DNA of 64,000 bases from a virus. Taxonomy: Duplodnaviria; Heunggongvirae; Uroviricota; Caudoviricetes. The notes under the pieces were generated by a model, which was not told the origin of the DNA, did not search any database, and saw only the letters and a program-made list of their open reading frames with translations. Shown here one piece after another: positions 29,497-39,109 of this stretch. The stretch lies in the IMG/VR virus record IMGVR_UViG_3300024268_000023, one strand, 5' to 3'. Each line of letters starts with the position of its first letter. Positions within the stretch are counted from its first letter, which is position 1. The position numbers and the translations under genes are program-made.

Positions 29497-30135
29497 TTAA
29501 TTATATAAAGTTATTCTGGATTCTTCAAAATAGAGAATATTTTTTATTAGTTTTTTGCCAGGATTGATTTTAATGTAATAATCCAACTGCTGTTTATATG
29601 GGCTAACATTTTCAAACTTAGAAGCATGATTAAAATAATATAATGCCCGAAGAATTTGTTCCGCTTTAGTAACGCCATCTTTTGGTAATTTAATGTTTTT
29701 TATGTGTTCGGCTAAATAAATATCTCGACTATATTCAGACTTGAATACCGTATATGTTTTATTATCTTTATTTGGGATCCACGAGCATATATATTCTTGT
29801 CTTCGTACTATTTTATTTGCTTTGTTCATGCACCAATGCACTGGATCTCGACCATGGCAGTATTTTTGAGAAATCTCGTCGCAATGGTTATCATAAAAGG
29901 CTTCGTTCCGTTCTTCACCGACGCCAATGCCATCCATTTGCGCGAGCTCAAGAAGGCAACGCATATTATAACAATATATTTTAAATTGATATATGTTATC
30001 TCGGCCGTGTCCCATTCCTTTGCGGTAAGCGGCTTCCATATCTTCTATATCTCTTTGGCGAGCTCGTTCGTCGGACTTTACGCTGGCAGATAAAATAAAA
30101 TATAAAATTATTAGTGCTACAAAAAATACAGCCAT
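29497..30135 (-). CDS. membrane-anchored hypothetical protein
   Basis: N-terminal TM helix, 212 aa. Confidence 0.45.
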   Translation of the reverse strand: MAVFFVALIILYFILSASVKSDERARQRDIEDMEAAYRKGMGHGRDNIYQFKIYCYNMRCLLELAQMDGIGVGEERNEAFYDNHCDEISQKYCHGRDPVHWCMNKANKIVRRQEYICSWIPNKDNKTYTVFKSEYSRDIYLAEHIKNIKLPKDGVTKAEQILRALYYFNHASKFENVSPYKQQLDYYIKINPGKKLIKNILYFEESRITLYN

Positions 30136-30146
30136 GAAGCCACCTC

Positions 30147-30440
30147 CTAAGAGATATGATTTTTAGTAAACAAACTATAAACTAAAGCTGCCAAAAAGCA
30201 CAGTAAACAAGATAACACAGCATGGGTGTTGATTTCTATTTCAGATATTCCAAATAGATTGAATCCGGCCTTTACAAGCGTAGCTGAAATATAGCTGATT
30301 ATTACGCTATAAACTATTTGCCGTTTCCAGCTAATTTCCTTTATAGACAATTTTAACCATTCAAACGATAAAATAAATATATACCCTGGAATAATGTATA
30401 AGAGAAAACTAGCAATAATATCAATTAATCCGATCCGCAT
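30147..30440 (-). CDS. small membrane protein
   Basis: 97 aa with three hydrophobic segments. Confidence 0.45.
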   Translation of the reverse strand: MRIGLIDIIASFLLYIIPGYIFILSFEWLKLSIKEISWKRQIVYSVIISYISATLVKAGFNLFGISEIEINTHAVLSCLLCFLAALVYSLFTKNHIS

Positions 30441-30527
30441 TTGTTGTCTTCTTTCTGTTAAGAAATATATCCTTAATACTAATTATAACAAACGAGCTCC
30501 AGGATTTCAACTCTTCACATTTTTGTT

Positions 30528-31247
30528 TTAATTTCCATCTCTTGCATCTGCAAAGTAATCCAAAGCTTCTTCACAAGCTGCGATTGCGGCATCGAGATTA
30601 TCAATAGCGTTTTGCATAGCATCTCCTCGTTCTGAATCCTGGAGGTTTTCGGGGAGATTATCATAAGCAGTTTGTTCCGCATCACAAATCATATTTGCTT
30701 TTGCAATAAGTTCGTTCATTCGTTCGATAAGGGCGTCGATTTCTTTTCTTCTTACAGCATTCATATTGTCTTCCTCCGTAATTAAATTGTTAAATTTATT
30801 TTCGCGGAAGAAACGGACATTGTTCCATTCCAGCACAAATGACTGTGATTCGTGGTAGGAGCTTCTGCCGCTCTCCAATAATTTCGGATTATAAAAAATG
30901 GTGATTAAGCCGCCTTCGCTGGGCGAATAACCGTAGTCAAATACTGATTTTATTGCCCATTTACAGCTCTCTGAAGGCTCTACAAAGCGGTTTACCCAGT
31001 CATATCGATCGATTACTTCAGCTATTGTCCACCCGTTTAGAACGGCTGTATTAAGCGCACATTCGGCAATAAGAGCTTGTCCGAAAAAGTCTGTAGAAGC
31101 TTCAGACATAACTGCATATTCAAGTAATTCTCTTTCTTCGTCGTCGAGTTCGTAGCGCATTTCTGGAATTTCGTATCCACATGTTGTCAGAGGTGTTGCG
31201 ATTAGTAAAATAATCGCCATCATAAGACAGAGGATTCGCTTCATCAA
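30528..31247 (-). CDS. secreted SleB/CwlJ-like cell-wall hydrolase domain protein
   Basis: Signal peptide. SEASTDFFGQALIAECALNTAVLNGW resembles the AEA...GQ.AV..VV.NR core of Hydrolase_2. C-terminal coiled coil. Confidence 0.45.
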   Translation of the reverse strand: MMKRILCLMMAIILLIATPLTTCGYEIPEMRYELDDEERELLEYAVMSEASTDFFGQALIAECALNTAVLNGWTIAEVIDRYDWVNRFVEPSESCKWAIKSVFDYGYSPSEGGLITIFYNPKLLESGRSSYHESQSFVLEWNNVRFFRENKFNNLITEEDNMNAVRRKEIDALIERMNELIAKANMICDAEQTAYDNLPENLQDSERGDAMQNAIDNLDAAIAACEEALDYFADARDGN

Positions 31248-31405
31248 TCAATCCTCCCAATCGAAAACCATTGCAAATTCATTTTTCCTTCCGGTTGATC
31301 CAATGGAAATTTTAGTAATTTTTACAGAAGGATTTGCACTTTTGAAATTCGCAAGGGTAGAGGTGAGGGAAGTTACATTTGGATAAAGATCGGCATTGGT
31401 ATATT

Positions 31406-31591
31406 TCATCTTGTTTTCTCCTTTTCTTTCAAATGTTTTATATCGGATTCTATGTCACATTCCGCATCGTAGATACGATCAAATTCTTTTCTAATTTCTT
31501 TTCTTTCCGCTCTTTTATCGAAGCACATCGCAATCAAGAACCCGGTGCTCACAGCTGTGAGCACCGTATTTATTATAACTAACGTTACCAT
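31406..31591 (-). CDS. small membrane protein
   Basis: 61 aa with an N-terminal TM helix. Confidence 0.35.
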   Translation of the reverse strand: MVTLVIINTVLTAVSTGFLIAMCFDKRAERKEIRKEFDRIYDAECDIESDIKHLKEKEKTR

Positions 31592-31593
31592 AA

Positions 31594-32517
31594 TTACTGC
31601 GGGAGATTAATCATGAAAGAGGTTCCTTCCCCGAGCATAGTAACGGGGAGCTTGCCATCCCACTGCTGGATGTAATAGTAGTTAACAAGAACATCTGTAA
31701 GAGATTCTGCCAACTTACGGTTTGCTTCAGCTTCTGCTTCAGCGGCGATAAGAAGGGCCTGAGCCTGAGCTTCAGCAGCAATAATATCCTGTTCTGCTTT
31801 AATCTTTGCAACCGCTTTATCTTTTTCTGCTTGAATTCTTGCAGTTTCAGCTTCGATAGTCGCAAGTTCGAGTTCTTGCTGTGCGTTAACCTTTTTCTGA
31901 ATTGCAGCAGCAGTTTCATTATCAACCGAGATATCGGTAAAGTTTACTGTGTCAATAATAATGCCATAAGGAGCAAATCTTTCCCTAAGATAAGTATCAA
32001 GTTCAGCATTAATCTGAGTACGTTTATCACCGAAGATATCAGTTACGGGGTGATTTGCAGAAATTTCCTGAGTCCATGCAATAATCTTGGGCTTAATAAA
32101 AGTCTCTTTAATTTCTTCGCCGGATTTACCTTTGAACGTCGTAAAAGTCTGAGCGATACATTCTGCATCAAACTTATAAGAGAATTCAAGGTTTACTCTA
32201 ACTGTTTTACCATCTGATGTAGGGATGTTGAAACTTTCGTCAATAGGGGAGTCTCCGATTTTTTCGGAAGAAAGATAGGACTGCTCAATACCGATAGAGT
32301 AAAGAGTTACTTTCTTTGTCGGGGCGACAAATTTCCAACCCTGAGTGAGAACTTCATCTTCAACGCCGCCATTCATGTTGTACACGATACCGACGTAACC
32401 AGCAGGAATATGTTCAAAACACATAAGCCCAACAATAAGTCCTCCGATGAGAAGAACAGCCAAAATAACTGCGCCAATTAAACCTTTTTTCATTTTGTTA
32501 CTCCTTTTCGTTTTCAT
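31594..32517 (-). CDS. SPFH/band-7 (prohibitin/HflK-like) membrane protein
   Basis: N-terminal TM helix, then a GYVGIVYNM... SPFH domain and a long Ala/Glu coiled coil. Confidence 0.7.
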   Translation of the reverse strand: MKTKRSNKMKKGLIGAVILAVLLIGGLIVGLMCFEHIPAGYVGIVYNMNGGVEDEVLTQGWKFVAPTKKVTLYSIGIEQSYLSSEKIGDSPIDESFNIPTSDGKTVRVNLEFSYKFDAECIAQTFTTFKGKSGEEIKETFIKPKIIAWTQEISANHPVTDIFGDKRTQINAELDTYLRERFAPYGIIIDTVNFTDISVDNETAAAIQKKVNAQQELELATIEAETARIQAEKDKAVAKIKAEQDIIAAEAQAQALLIAAEAEAEANRKLAESLTDVLVNYYYIQQWDGKLPVTMLGEGTSFMINLPQ

Positions 32518-32670
32518 TTTCTGTTTTGTCTTCCATCATCATTTCATCAGTAGCATCTTTAAACAAGCGATGGAAAAGCTTGCCTACGGGACGATAGAGA
32601 AATGAGCAGAGCAGCCACAGAAAAGCTGCACCAAGGAACAAGAGAATATAAAACACTGGTGACATTCTCA
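32506..32670 (-). CDS. small membrane protein downstream of SPFH gene
   Basis: About 54 aa, starting MSPVFYILLFLGAAFLWLLC. Start at 32670; approximate stop near 32506. Confidence 0.3.
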
Positions 32671-32680
32671 AATCTCCTTT

Positions 32681-32863
32681 TTATTTTATATAATTAGCTA
32701 CATTAATAGCCAATTGGACAACTACATCTGCAAGAGCGAAGAAGAAAAAGCACCAGTAAATGAATTTTGGTACTTCGACTTCACACCGCTCTGCAGCAAA
32801 TACAGCGATTCCGAAAATCGCCATGATGGTTATCGCGATGAGAGAACCTATGATGTCAATCAA
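32681..32863 (-). CDS. small membrane protein
   Basis: 60 aa with two TM helices. Confidence 0.35.
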   Translation of the reverse strand: MIDIIGSLIAITIMAIFGIAVFAAERCEVEVPKFIYWCFFFFALADVVVQLAINVANYIK

Positions 32864-33444
32864 TTTTCTTCCTCAGTCTCCTCATCGTCGGTGCGATACA
32901 AATGATGATACCAGTCGGGTTTCTGAATACCATATATGATGCCCGAATCACCCGGGATCTCCTCACTTGGTTCAATTACGGTTTCGGTATTATCTTGATT
33001 TAAAATGTAAATCGGCACATCTGATATCTTTTGAATTTCACTGAATGCCATCGGATACATTCCGTCCCACTCGTATCCATACTCAACCATTTCTTCATAT
33101 GAGAAATTAGCGGGAGATTCCATTTCCATATATTTTTTTATATCAACGGGCTCAATAATTGCATAATCTTCGGAGTGAAGTTTTTTCCTACTGAAAAATC
33201 CTTTTAGTTCATAAAGATGCTCGAGCAAAAGGCATCCGGCAAAATGTCTTGCAGGAATTTTATCCATTACAGTGATATTAGTTTTGCCTGCCTGGATATA
33301 ATATAAATTCCAATTGGATGGTACTGTAGATTTATCGATCAAAGCCGAAAGATAAAGCCCAAGATAGTTTTCTTCTATGTCAATTAAATTCGCCGTCTCA
33401 AATTCTGAGAGAGGTTTTTCTGTTCTATGAAAAGTGCTTTTCAT
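32860..33444 (-). CDS. hypothetical protein
   Basis: 194-aa ORF with an acidic C-terminus. Confidence 0.45.
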   Translation of the reverse strand: MKSTFHRTEKPLSEFETANLIDIEENYLGLYLSALIDKSTVPSNWNLYYIQAGKTNITVMDKIPARHFAGCLLLEHLYELKGFFSRKKLHSEDYAIIEPVDIKKYMEMESPANFSYEEMVEYGYEWDGMYPMAFSEIQKISDVPIYILNQDNTETVIEPSEEIPGDSGIIYGIQKPDWYHHLYRTDDEETEEEN

Positions 33445-33455
33445 TTCCTTCCTCC

Positions 33456-33725
33456 TTATTCTTCAACAACAACTACGGGAAACCCATATATTTCAATGCG
33501 GTCGGTATTGCCGTTGAGATAGAAGTAAACTTCATCTTCTGAACCATAAACATAATCTACATTGTTCCACTGCTGAAGCACATTGCCGTTGAAATCATAC
33601 ATATACACAGTAATTGTTTCTTCATCATAGCTCGTACCCGAAGAGTAAGAATCATCTACGGTTCCACAAGCGCAAAGAAGAAAAATAAAACAGATTGCCA
33701 AAATAATAGTCAAAACCTTTTTCAT
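33456..33725 (-). CDS. lipoprotein
   Basis: Signal peptide with a lipobox-like LLCACG. Confidence 0.5.
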   Translation of the reverse strand: MKKVLTIILAICFIFLLCACGTVDDSYSSGTSYDEETITVYMYDFNGNVLQQWNNVDYVYGSEDEVYFYLNGNTDRIEIYGFPVVVVEE

Positions 33726-33738
33726 TTTTGAAACTCCT

Positions 33739-34020
33739 TTATATTATTTCACTTATATTAATCGAAGGGTAGAGAAGAGCTTTAAGCCGCGCAAGACAAG
33801 AATCACAGAGAACTAAATGCGACGAATTATGGCCTCCGCAAATAATACACGCTCCAGCTCTTTCATGTTCAATAGCTTCTATTCGAGCCATCATTTCATT
33901 AAGAGTCATAGGAGTCAATGTATCTCCTATTTCAAACCTTATAGATTCCACATCATCCCTCCTCAGCCTCAAAAGCTTCCCAACTTGGATATACTTTTCC
34001 ATCACAACGGAAAATTTCAT
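33739..34020 (-). CDS. hypothetical Cys-rich protein (ends ...INISEII)
   Basis: Start is uncertain: the track ORF start at 34074 overlaps the upstream gene. Carries the shared C-terminal motif. Confidence 0.4.
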   Translation of the reverse strand: MKFSVVMEKYIQVGKLLRLRRDDVESIRFEIGDTLTPMTLNEMMARIEAIEHERAGACIICGGHNSSHLVLCDSCLARLKALLYPSINISEII

Positions 34021-34678
34021 ATCTGCCAGCTGCGGTTTGACATGAAGTGTCAAGACGAACAGAACACTCGCCAAAAGAATTGAATTTATCTACAATTTTT
34101 CGAATGTTTTCCACCTGTTCATCGCTCATCTTGTGCTCATAAATCCAGCGATTTACATCACCGTCTTCACCATATTGGAGGGTTTTGAAAGTGACCTGAT
34201 CGAATCCCATGGTGTTGAAATTCTCTGGAGTTAAAAAATCGAATTCATTTGTAAGAAGAATAACCATTCGATATGTACGAGGAACTATCGCATTTCTATT
34301 TGAAATTACTTTCCAAGCATTTAAATACTCTCGTACATTTGTGACAGAAAGAGTAATGACTTTTACACAATGATTTAAACCCCAATTATCAAAATGCTGA
34401 TTATGGGTTGTAAATTCAATATCACCATCAAAATCGTCGCAATTCCAAAGAACTCTGGCAACATCATTAACGTATTTCATGTTTTGAGTAGGGTCGCACT
34501 CTCCGGTGATAACTACTGCAGATTTATCTTTTGCAGCTTCGCGAAGTTTTTTCGCCCATTCTTTTGGGTCTTTTTCATATAGGTTTTCAAATGTGCCGGT
34601 GTTTTTATGTCCACGAGCTACGCACATAGGGCATTTATAAACACAAGGCTGATAGGGAACACTAACTTGCAAATTCAT
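33953..34678 (-). CDS. radical SAM domain protein
   Basis: CVYKCPMC (CxxxCxxC) cluster at residues 12-19. 241 aa. Confidence 0.6.
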   Translation of the reverse strand: MNLQVSVPYQPCVYKCPMCVARGHKNTGTFENLYEKDPKEWAKKLREAAKDKSAVVITGECDPTQNMKYVNDVARVLWNCDDFDGDIEFTTHNQHFDNWGLNHCVKVITLSVTNVREYLNAWKVISNRNAIVPRTYRMVILLTNEFDFLTPENFNTMGFDQVTFKTLQYGEDGDVNRWIYEHKMSDEQVENIRKIVDKFNSFGECSVRLDTSCQTAAGRYEIFRCDGKVYPSWEAFEAEEG

Positions 34679-34692
34679 TTAACCAACTCCAA

Positions 34693-34908
34693 TCATATGA
34701 TTTCATCTATTCCGATTGGTTCTAAGGGATTGGCAGTATCGTCAACGACAATCCAATCGCCATGAATCATTGTTTTGAAAAGGTTTCTAAATTCCAGTTC
34801 CCGTAAACTAAATTCACGGTTTTCCCAAGAATGAGATTCTTCACGTCGACGACGAATATATTTACGTGCAAAACCTTGAGGCCAATTATTCATGCTCCAA
34901 TCATCCAT
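34693..34908 (-). CDS. hypothetical protein (ends ...GIDEII)
   Basis: 71 aa with the shared C-terminal motif. Confidence 0.4.
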   Translation of the reverse strand: MDDWSMNNWPQGFARKYIRRRREESHSWENREFSLRELEFRNLFKTMIHGDWIVVDDTANPLEPIGIDEII

Positions 34909-35671
34909 CGTTTTTCCCCTCTAAAAATTCATCTTCAAGAACGATAACGTTTACTTTTCCAGAATGGGCAGTACAAGTATCAAGAGCAATAATGCCTTCA
35001 TCGTAATATGGTGAAAAATCAGCATCAGTGCCAAATTCACTACCTAAATATTTATCTTTTTGATAGCGTACTTTGCCCCAAGTTGTGTGCCAGTGGCCAC
35101 ATACAATGGTTTTATCTTTTTCGATAATTCCTTCGTGGGCCATTTGCATTCCGTTACGCCATCTGGCTTCTTCCCATCTGGAGTTGTGGGCTTCACGCCA
35201 GTCACAATCGTAAATATAATTCCTATCACATTGCCAATATTTTGGGCAATCATCAAGACAATTTACTGCAATCCAGCCATGCACAAAGATGTACTTTTCA
35301 GTTTCAAAATAGTTTACCATTTTATTTAGCAGAGGGCGGACGTTCATATAGCCAACGCCATAGTCGCCACTATCCTGCATAAATTCCATAGCCGTATCAA
35401 ATGTGCCATTCCCAATATCGTGAGAAGCAGGGAAACCGCGTTTGAATAATTCTTCAAGAAGGTCTTCATGATTTCCCTTGATGAGAATTTTATTTTTGAT
35501 TTGAGAGAGAAACTTGAGCATTTCAAGATTTTCTTCTCCTCGGTCAAAGTTATCACCACATGAAACCAGCCAGTGGTCGGGGTTGTTTTCATCCCAACCT
35601 GCTTCGGCGAGAGCTTCTTTAAGTGGTGTCAAAAAGCCATGAGCATCGCTATAAACAAAAAACTTTACCAT
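34901..35671 (-). CDS. calcineurin-like metallophosphoesterase (Ser/Thr phosphatase-like)
   Basis: DAHG, GDNFDRG and GNHE motifs. Confidence 0.8.
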   Translation of the reverse strand: MVKFFVYSDAHGFLTPLKEALAEAGWDENNPDHWLVSCGDNFDRGEENLEMLKFLSQIKNKILIKGNHEDLLEELFKRGFPASHDIGNGTFDTAMEFMQDSGDYGVGYMNVRPLLNKMVNYFETEKYIFVHGWIAVNCLDDCPKYWQCDRNYIYDCDWREAHNSRWEEARWRNGMQMAHEGIIEKDKTIVCGHWHTTWGKVRYQKDKYLGSEFGTDADFSPYYDEGIIALDTCTAHSGKVNVIVLEDEFLEGKNDG

Positions 35672-35910
35672 GGATTGTCTTCATCTTCCTCTCGTTCATC
35701 CCAATATTTTTCCAAAAGGGAAACGCCGTAAAGCATCAAATAACTAGCAGGAATTCCGAGGAATAAGAACCCACTGAAAAATCCAGCGATAAAAAAGACG
35801 ATAGGTATAATAACTCCAAGGAGCCAAATTAATACAACAGTGATTTCTTCATAATGATCCTCATAAAAGATCCAACAGAAGAAATCTAAAATCGGATTTC
35901 TTTTCATCAT
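35665..35910 (-). CDS. small membrane protein
   Basis: 81 aa with two TM helices. Confidence 0.4.
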   Translation of the reverse strand: MMKRNPILDFFCWIFYEDHYEEITVVLIWLLGVIIPIVFFIAGFFSGFLFLGIPASYLMLYGVSLLEKYWDEREEDEDNPW

Positions 35911-36122
35911 TTGTTATCCTCCTCATAAAGTTTTAAACAATATATTGCAAATGCGGCAATCCAAGAAGCTGGAATTGCACATAAAACTACAAATTTATTT
36001 TCAATAATTGAAGGGATTATGCACATGAGTACACTAAAAGCAGGAATCATCCATCCCAATACGGTAGGAATAATTTCCAATTCGTCAGGCCCGCTGACAA
36101 AAAGCCAATACAAAAAATCCAA
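35907..36122 (-). CDS. small membrane protein
   Basis: 71 aa with two TM helices. Confidence 0.4.
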   Translation of the reverse strand: MDFLYWLFVSGPDELEIIPTVLGWMIPAFSVLMCIIPSIIENKFVVLCAIPASWIAAFAIYCLKLYEEDNK

Positions 36123-36314
36123 AAAGAAATTTCGTTTCGTATTATCACTTCCTTAAACTACATCTTTAATTTCTACCTCTTGATAATAAGAGATATGGTG
36201 GTTACAACAAGGACAATGCTTGTCCTTGGGCTGACTATATCTAACGATAACAATTGCTCCACACAGCGGGCAACTAGCTACATATTGCATTGCTTAAAGA
36301 ACCTCCAATTCATT

Positions 36315-36512
36315 TTAGCTGTTTCTGGCTACTCCAACGAGCTTATGCAAATCATAAAAGTTCATTGGATTAAGCCCAGTTTCTTCTTTGATTTTTTTGA
36401 CGTGATAACGGATAGTGTTATAATGTGTATAAGTACCTCGAGACGTTTTTGCTACATCCATATTAAAATTAGCTAAAGCCAAAATGACTTCTTTATCTTT
36501 ATCAGTCATCAA
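36315..36512 (-). CDS. small HTH DNA-binding protein
   Basis: A TSRGTYTHYNTIRYHVKKI helix-turn-helix-like segment in a 65-aa ORF. Confidence 0.45.
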   Translation of the reverse strand: MMTDKDKEVILALANFNMDVAKTSRGTYTHYNTIRYHVKKIKEETGLNPMNFYDLHKLVGVARNS

Positions 36513-36810
36513 AACAAACCTCCTTGTCTGGATTAATCTGATATGTAAAATCCAATGTGTTTAAAGCAAACAAAACACCATCGGTAAAACCTTTGTCATA
36601 TGATTCGTTGCCGGTTGTAATCCAAGTTAAGTCGGGATATTCTTCTTCTTTTGAATCTAAAGCGGCTTTTCGTTTGTCTGTTGAATGCATTCGATTTTTA
36701 TATTCCCAATAATCAGAACCATGGTTTCTGCAAGATTTATCAATAGATTTAGCACCGTGATATTCTTTGCGGTGCTCTTTTTTATGCAAGATTGCTTTTG
36801 TAAGTGTCAT
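36502..36810 (-). CDS. hypothetical protein
   Basis: 102-aa ORF. Confidence 0.4.
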   Translation of the reverse strand: MTLTKAILHKKEHRKEYHGAKSIDKSCRNHGSDYWEYKNRMHSTDKRKAALDSKEEEYPDLTWITTGNESYDKGFTDGVLFALNTLDFTYQINPDKEVCFDD

Positions 36811-36964
36811 TTGGTTCCTCCATACATTCTAAATGATATATACAGCTATTAATGGTGAAAATAGCCACCATTTTATCGTGAGCATCAGCATAATAAGAGA
36901 GAAATTCTTGATTGTGTTTTAAATTTTCAAGCTCGGAAATTATTTCTTTGTAAGTTGGAATCAT
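36782..36964 (-). CDS. hypothetical protein
   Basis: 60-aa ORF in operon spacing. Confidence 0.3.
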   Translation of the reverse strand: MIPTYKEIISELENLKHNQEFLSYYADAHDKMVAIFTINSCIYHLECMEEPNDTYKSNLA

Positions 36965-37317
36965 TGAGCATCTCGCTTTCTTTGAAGTTTATGAACAATA
37001 CGCATAATCATCCGCCAAGAAAGTTCATGTGCAACTATCTTTATAAAGTCATAATAAGCACCGGCTGAAACCCAATGGTTAAATTCTTCTGAAAGCATAT
37101 CCACTCTCTTTTGTCTATGAGAAATAAAGTTATCATTTGGACTGAAACGAATGATATTATCTTCATCAATATATTCGGCGCAATATTTCATTGCCTCTTC
37201 TTCGTCTTCTTCAAGATATTCTCGTGTGAAGCATATATCTTTATGTGTGCACTTACTGCACAATGTGCTCATCGTCGTATCAACTCCTTTTAAATAATTT
37301 CTTCTATATCTAAACAA
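36961..37317 (-). CDS. hypothetical protein
   Basis: 118-aa ORF. Confidence 0.4.
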   Translation of the reverse strand: MFRYRRNYLKGVDTTMSTLCSKCTHKDICFTREYLEEDEEEAMKYCAEYIDEDNIIRFSPNDNFISHRQKRVDMLSEEFNHWVSAGAYYDFIKIVAHELSWRMIMRIVHKLQRKRDAQ

Positions 37318-37466
37318 TGATAAAGCGGATTAAGTTCAGTAGAATTTTTTTCAATTATCTTCTCCAGAATATAAACCACTTGATCCCTTGTGAATAACTT
37401 GGAATAATGAAACAACATAAATTTTTTGATTAACTTTTCAATATCATCAACCGGCACTGCTTTCAT
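37290..37466 (-). CDS. hypothetical protein (ends ...LDIEEII)
   Basis: Start moved to an internal Met to limit overlap with the upstream gene. Shared C-terminal motif. Confidence 0.35.
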   Translation of the reverse strand: MKAVPVDDIEKLIKKFMLFHYSKLFTRDQVVYILEKIIEKNSTELNPLYHCLDIEEII

Positions 37467-37818
37467 TTCTGGTTTCCTCCGGGAAAAAATATTTGAACCA
37501 ATCCGCAATTCTATGTACGGTTGTATTTTGAATTTTATATTCACCACTCGTGGTTTTATAAAAAGCCCTTATCGTAGAATCTTCGAAAAGTTCCAGCTCA
37601 AGAAAATCATCTGAATTTCCATAAGAAAACAGCAAGCTTTTATTTGAACCAGGATATACATTGGGGGCTTTTGGAAGTTTTGATAGAAGATAACGAGCAT
37701 GAGAAATAATTCTGTCGCTATATTTTTCGCATCCATTTGCGTCCCAATCTGGGGGTAGTTGCGAAAGTCGATAAAGCTGCATTCTGGCAGCGCTTATATC
37801 ACAAGACATTCTATCCAC
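37447..37818 (-). CDS. hypothetical protein
   Basis: 123-aa ORF. Confidence 0.4.
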   Translation of the reverse strand: MDRMSCDISAARMQLYRLSQLPPDWDANGCEKYSDRIISHARYLLSKLPKAPNVYPGSNKSLLFSYGNSDDFLELELFEDSTIRAFYKTTSGEYKIQNTTVHRIADWFKYFFPEETRNESSAG

Positions 37819-37823
37819 TCCTT

Positions 37824-38246
37824 TTATTTGTTGTCCCAGCAGTATTTAACAAAGTCATCCCAAACATATTGCAACTGGTCATATACATCAATTTTTGCTT
37901 CGTTTAAGTAAATTTGTTTTGCAATATGCAATTCGGCAAACCCGAACCAATCAAAGTCTGGGAAATTCGTTACATTAAGAGCGTATTCTTCGGGAGTGCG
38001 ACATCCACACCAGGGGAGAAGGAGCACTTGATTATCTTCATTGACCCTAATCAAAAGTTCCCATTCACAGCGGCTCCAAAAATGGTACATCATTTCGTGT
38101 TTTAATTCAGTTGCGAATTCCTCTTTGGTTTTATACTTTCTTTTAAGTCTTTTGAAATAATCTCGATCAAATTTGCCTTCGAGAATATTCATTTGCTCGA
38201 TTTCTTTTTTGTTGGAGTTATAACAATAAACATTCCATTCAAGCAT
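37824..38246 (-). CDS. hypothetical protein
   Basis: 140-aa ORF. Confidence 0.4.
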   Translation of the reverse strand: MLEWNVYCYNSNKKEIEQMNILEGKFDRDYFKRLKRKYKTKEEFATELKHEMMYHFWSRCEWELLIRVNEDNQVLLLPWCGCRTPEEYALNVTNFPDFDWFGFAELHIAKQIYLNEAKIDVYDQLQYVWDDFVKYCWDNK

Positions 38247-38448
38247 TATCTATCACTCCAAATCGATTTTGGATTTCCTTCCAATGGACAGAAAACCAAA
38301 CCGGCCACGCTCGGCAAACATTGGCACACCCTCGTCTTTCTCCAGGGACACAATATTTGCAAGGATATTCTCCCATCTCGGCATAGGCGACCAGATCTTT
38401 GGTGTCGTCTCTAATAAAATCTGTTGGCGTAAGAGCATTAATCATCAC
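38239..38448 (-). CDS. hypothetical Cys-rich protein
   Basis: 69 aa with CKYCVPGERRGCANVC. Confidence 0.35.
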   Translation of the reverse strand: MMINALTPTDFIRDDTKDLVAYAEMGEYPCKYCVPGERRGCANVCRAWPVWFSVHWKEIQNRFGVIDNA

Positions 38449-38484
38449 GTCCTCCTTAATTTCAGAACATATGTTCTTTATTTT

Positions 38485-38736
38485 TTAAAAATCGAGGGTT
38501 TTATAGATATCGCTAATCTTAAGGGAAAATTTCCTTGTCCAACCTTCATCATAAATGTCCTCGTATATGTAAGTGCTTATTTCGTTGGTGCCAATAGGAG
38601 ATTCGGCCATCGCTAAGTCAAGAACAGCTCCATCGCCTTTTTCAAAACAAAGATAAACACCAGGATATTCTGGATCTGAATTTACTCCAGCCACTAAATA
38701 CCCACCGGAAATTTTAATTTTAACTTCGTTTTCCAT
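38485..38736 (-). CDS. hypothetical protein
   Basis: 83-aa ORF. Confidence 0.4.
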   Translation of the reverse strand: MENEVKIKISGGYLVAGVNSDPEYPGVYLCFEKGDGAVLDLAMAESPIGTNEISTYIYEDIYDEGWTRKFSLKISDIYKTLDF

Positions 38737-38740
38737 TATG

Positions 38741-38899
38741 ATTCTCCTTCCTGGCAGTCTGTTACTTCAAAGTCCCAAGACCAATCAAAATCATCGTGAC
38801 CCATTGCTCTTGCAATTTCCCATGCTTGGTCTTCTGTATCAGCTTCAATTGTCGCGAAACCAAATCTGCAAACAGTTATGTCGTATGTATTCATTATGT
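38741..38899 (-). CDS. small hypothetical protein (52 aa)
   Basis: GGAGGA RBS before the ATG (MNTYDITVCRF...). Below track cutoff. Confidence 0.35.
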
Positions 38900-38905
38900 C
38901 CTCCG

Positions 38906-39109
38906 TCAATTCTTTTCGTAAACAACTAAAACTTCTACGCCGTGTGAAAACCCGACCTCAAAAGCATTCATAGTACAAGCTTGCACACGCCAACCATTTT
39001 CAATATTGCTTTCTATTTCTTTTTTGGCTTCAAAAGCACCATCATATAATTCAACTTTTTGCATATTCAACCTCCATGAAATCACTCTTTTATTCGTACC
39101 AAAATTCAT
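38906..39109 (-). CDS. hypothetical protein
   Basis: 67-aa ORF. Confidence 0.35.
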   Translation of the reverse strand: MNFGTNKRVISWRLNMQKVELYDGAFEAKKEIESNIENGWRVQACTMNAFEVGFSHGVEVLVVYEKN

